A stretch of DNA of 64,000 nucleotides from Mobula birostris (taxonomy: Eukaryota): NCBI RefSeq assembly GCF_030028105.1, contig NC_092386.1, forward strand, positions 16,795,258 to 16,859,257. Reading direction: 5' to 3'. The position numbers were made by a program, and so were the translations under genes. Of the stretch, positions 63,313 to 64,000 are shown one piece after another (position 1 is the stretch's first letter; every line of letters starts with the position of its first letter). A model generated the notes under the pieces. That model was not told where the DNA came from. It made no database searches and saw only the letters and a list, made by a program, of their open reading frames with translations.

Positions 63313-64000
63313 CACTAATCACTTGTGGCTGTCATTTTGTTATATCTCACTATTCCCTTTCCTTAAGGCACCATTCTAATCTAGTGCCGTCTCTCCTTCA
63401 GCCATTAAATCTGCTTGGGTATTCCTCAGTCTTATTCATTAGCTACAGGTTGCTCTTTTTTTGCTGAGTCTTAATTCTGACATTCAACCTTATATTAATG
63501 CTTTATTCACAACCCGTCATGGCTGAAAACTGATTTGTATTTTGCCAAACTAATTCCTTTTTAACCCTCTAGCCAAACAGCCAACGTTTTTCTTCCAAAC
63601 AGCCCGATTAGACAGAACTGGACAACTGATAACCAAAGGTGCAAGAGGTTCCTGCAGGTAGACGGGAATTCAGAGCTGAGGTAACGTTTATCTTGGTCAC
63701 AACCTCATTAAATGGTGGAGTAGGGTCAGGGGGCCAAGTGATCTACTTTTGCTTGAGAATCAGAACTAGGTTTATTATCACTGATATATGTCATGACATT
63801 TGTTGTTTTGTGACACAGTATATTGCAACACATAAAAGTTATAGAAACTACAAAATAAATAGTGCAAAGGAGTGGAATAAGAATAATCAGATTCGGGTTT
63901 AATATCATTGATTGTCATCAAAGATCTCACCATTAAATGAGTGGACGTTGTTATCGGATTTCGATGGATAACCGAAGAAGAAGAAAATGTCATGACATTT

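Overview
Repeat-dominated, apparently non-genic (intronic or intergenic) vertebrate DNA. The repeat repertoire (HE1/V-type tRNA SINEs, many CR1, Rex-Babar, RTE and Penelope copies) suggests a cartilaginous fish; that assignment is inference. I recognise no host protein-coding exon, and every long ORF is transposon-derived. The most striking structure is a 4.2-kb Penelope-like (PLE) insertion at 20518-24710 bounded by one perfect 15-bp target-site duplication (TSD). It has two oppositely oriented arms whose 3' ends face outwards, each carrying a minimal hammerhead-ribozyme motif. The arms are joined through a 77-bp PLE fragment, a small internal inversion and a 311-bp inverted copy of host DNA from about 600 bp downstream. 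The same two-ended, TSD-flanked layout recurs in miniature at four or more other sites, several with the same offset of about 30 nt between the two arm ends. The window also holds a four-level LINE nest (27860-33600) with a nearly intact CR1 ORF2, a second nest with an RNase H-bearing Nimb LINE, two Tc1-type non-autonomous families with palindromic mini-element termini, a hAT-type MITE, two candidate solo LTRs and an old local duplication. Boundaries of degenerate repeats are approximate and were read by eye.
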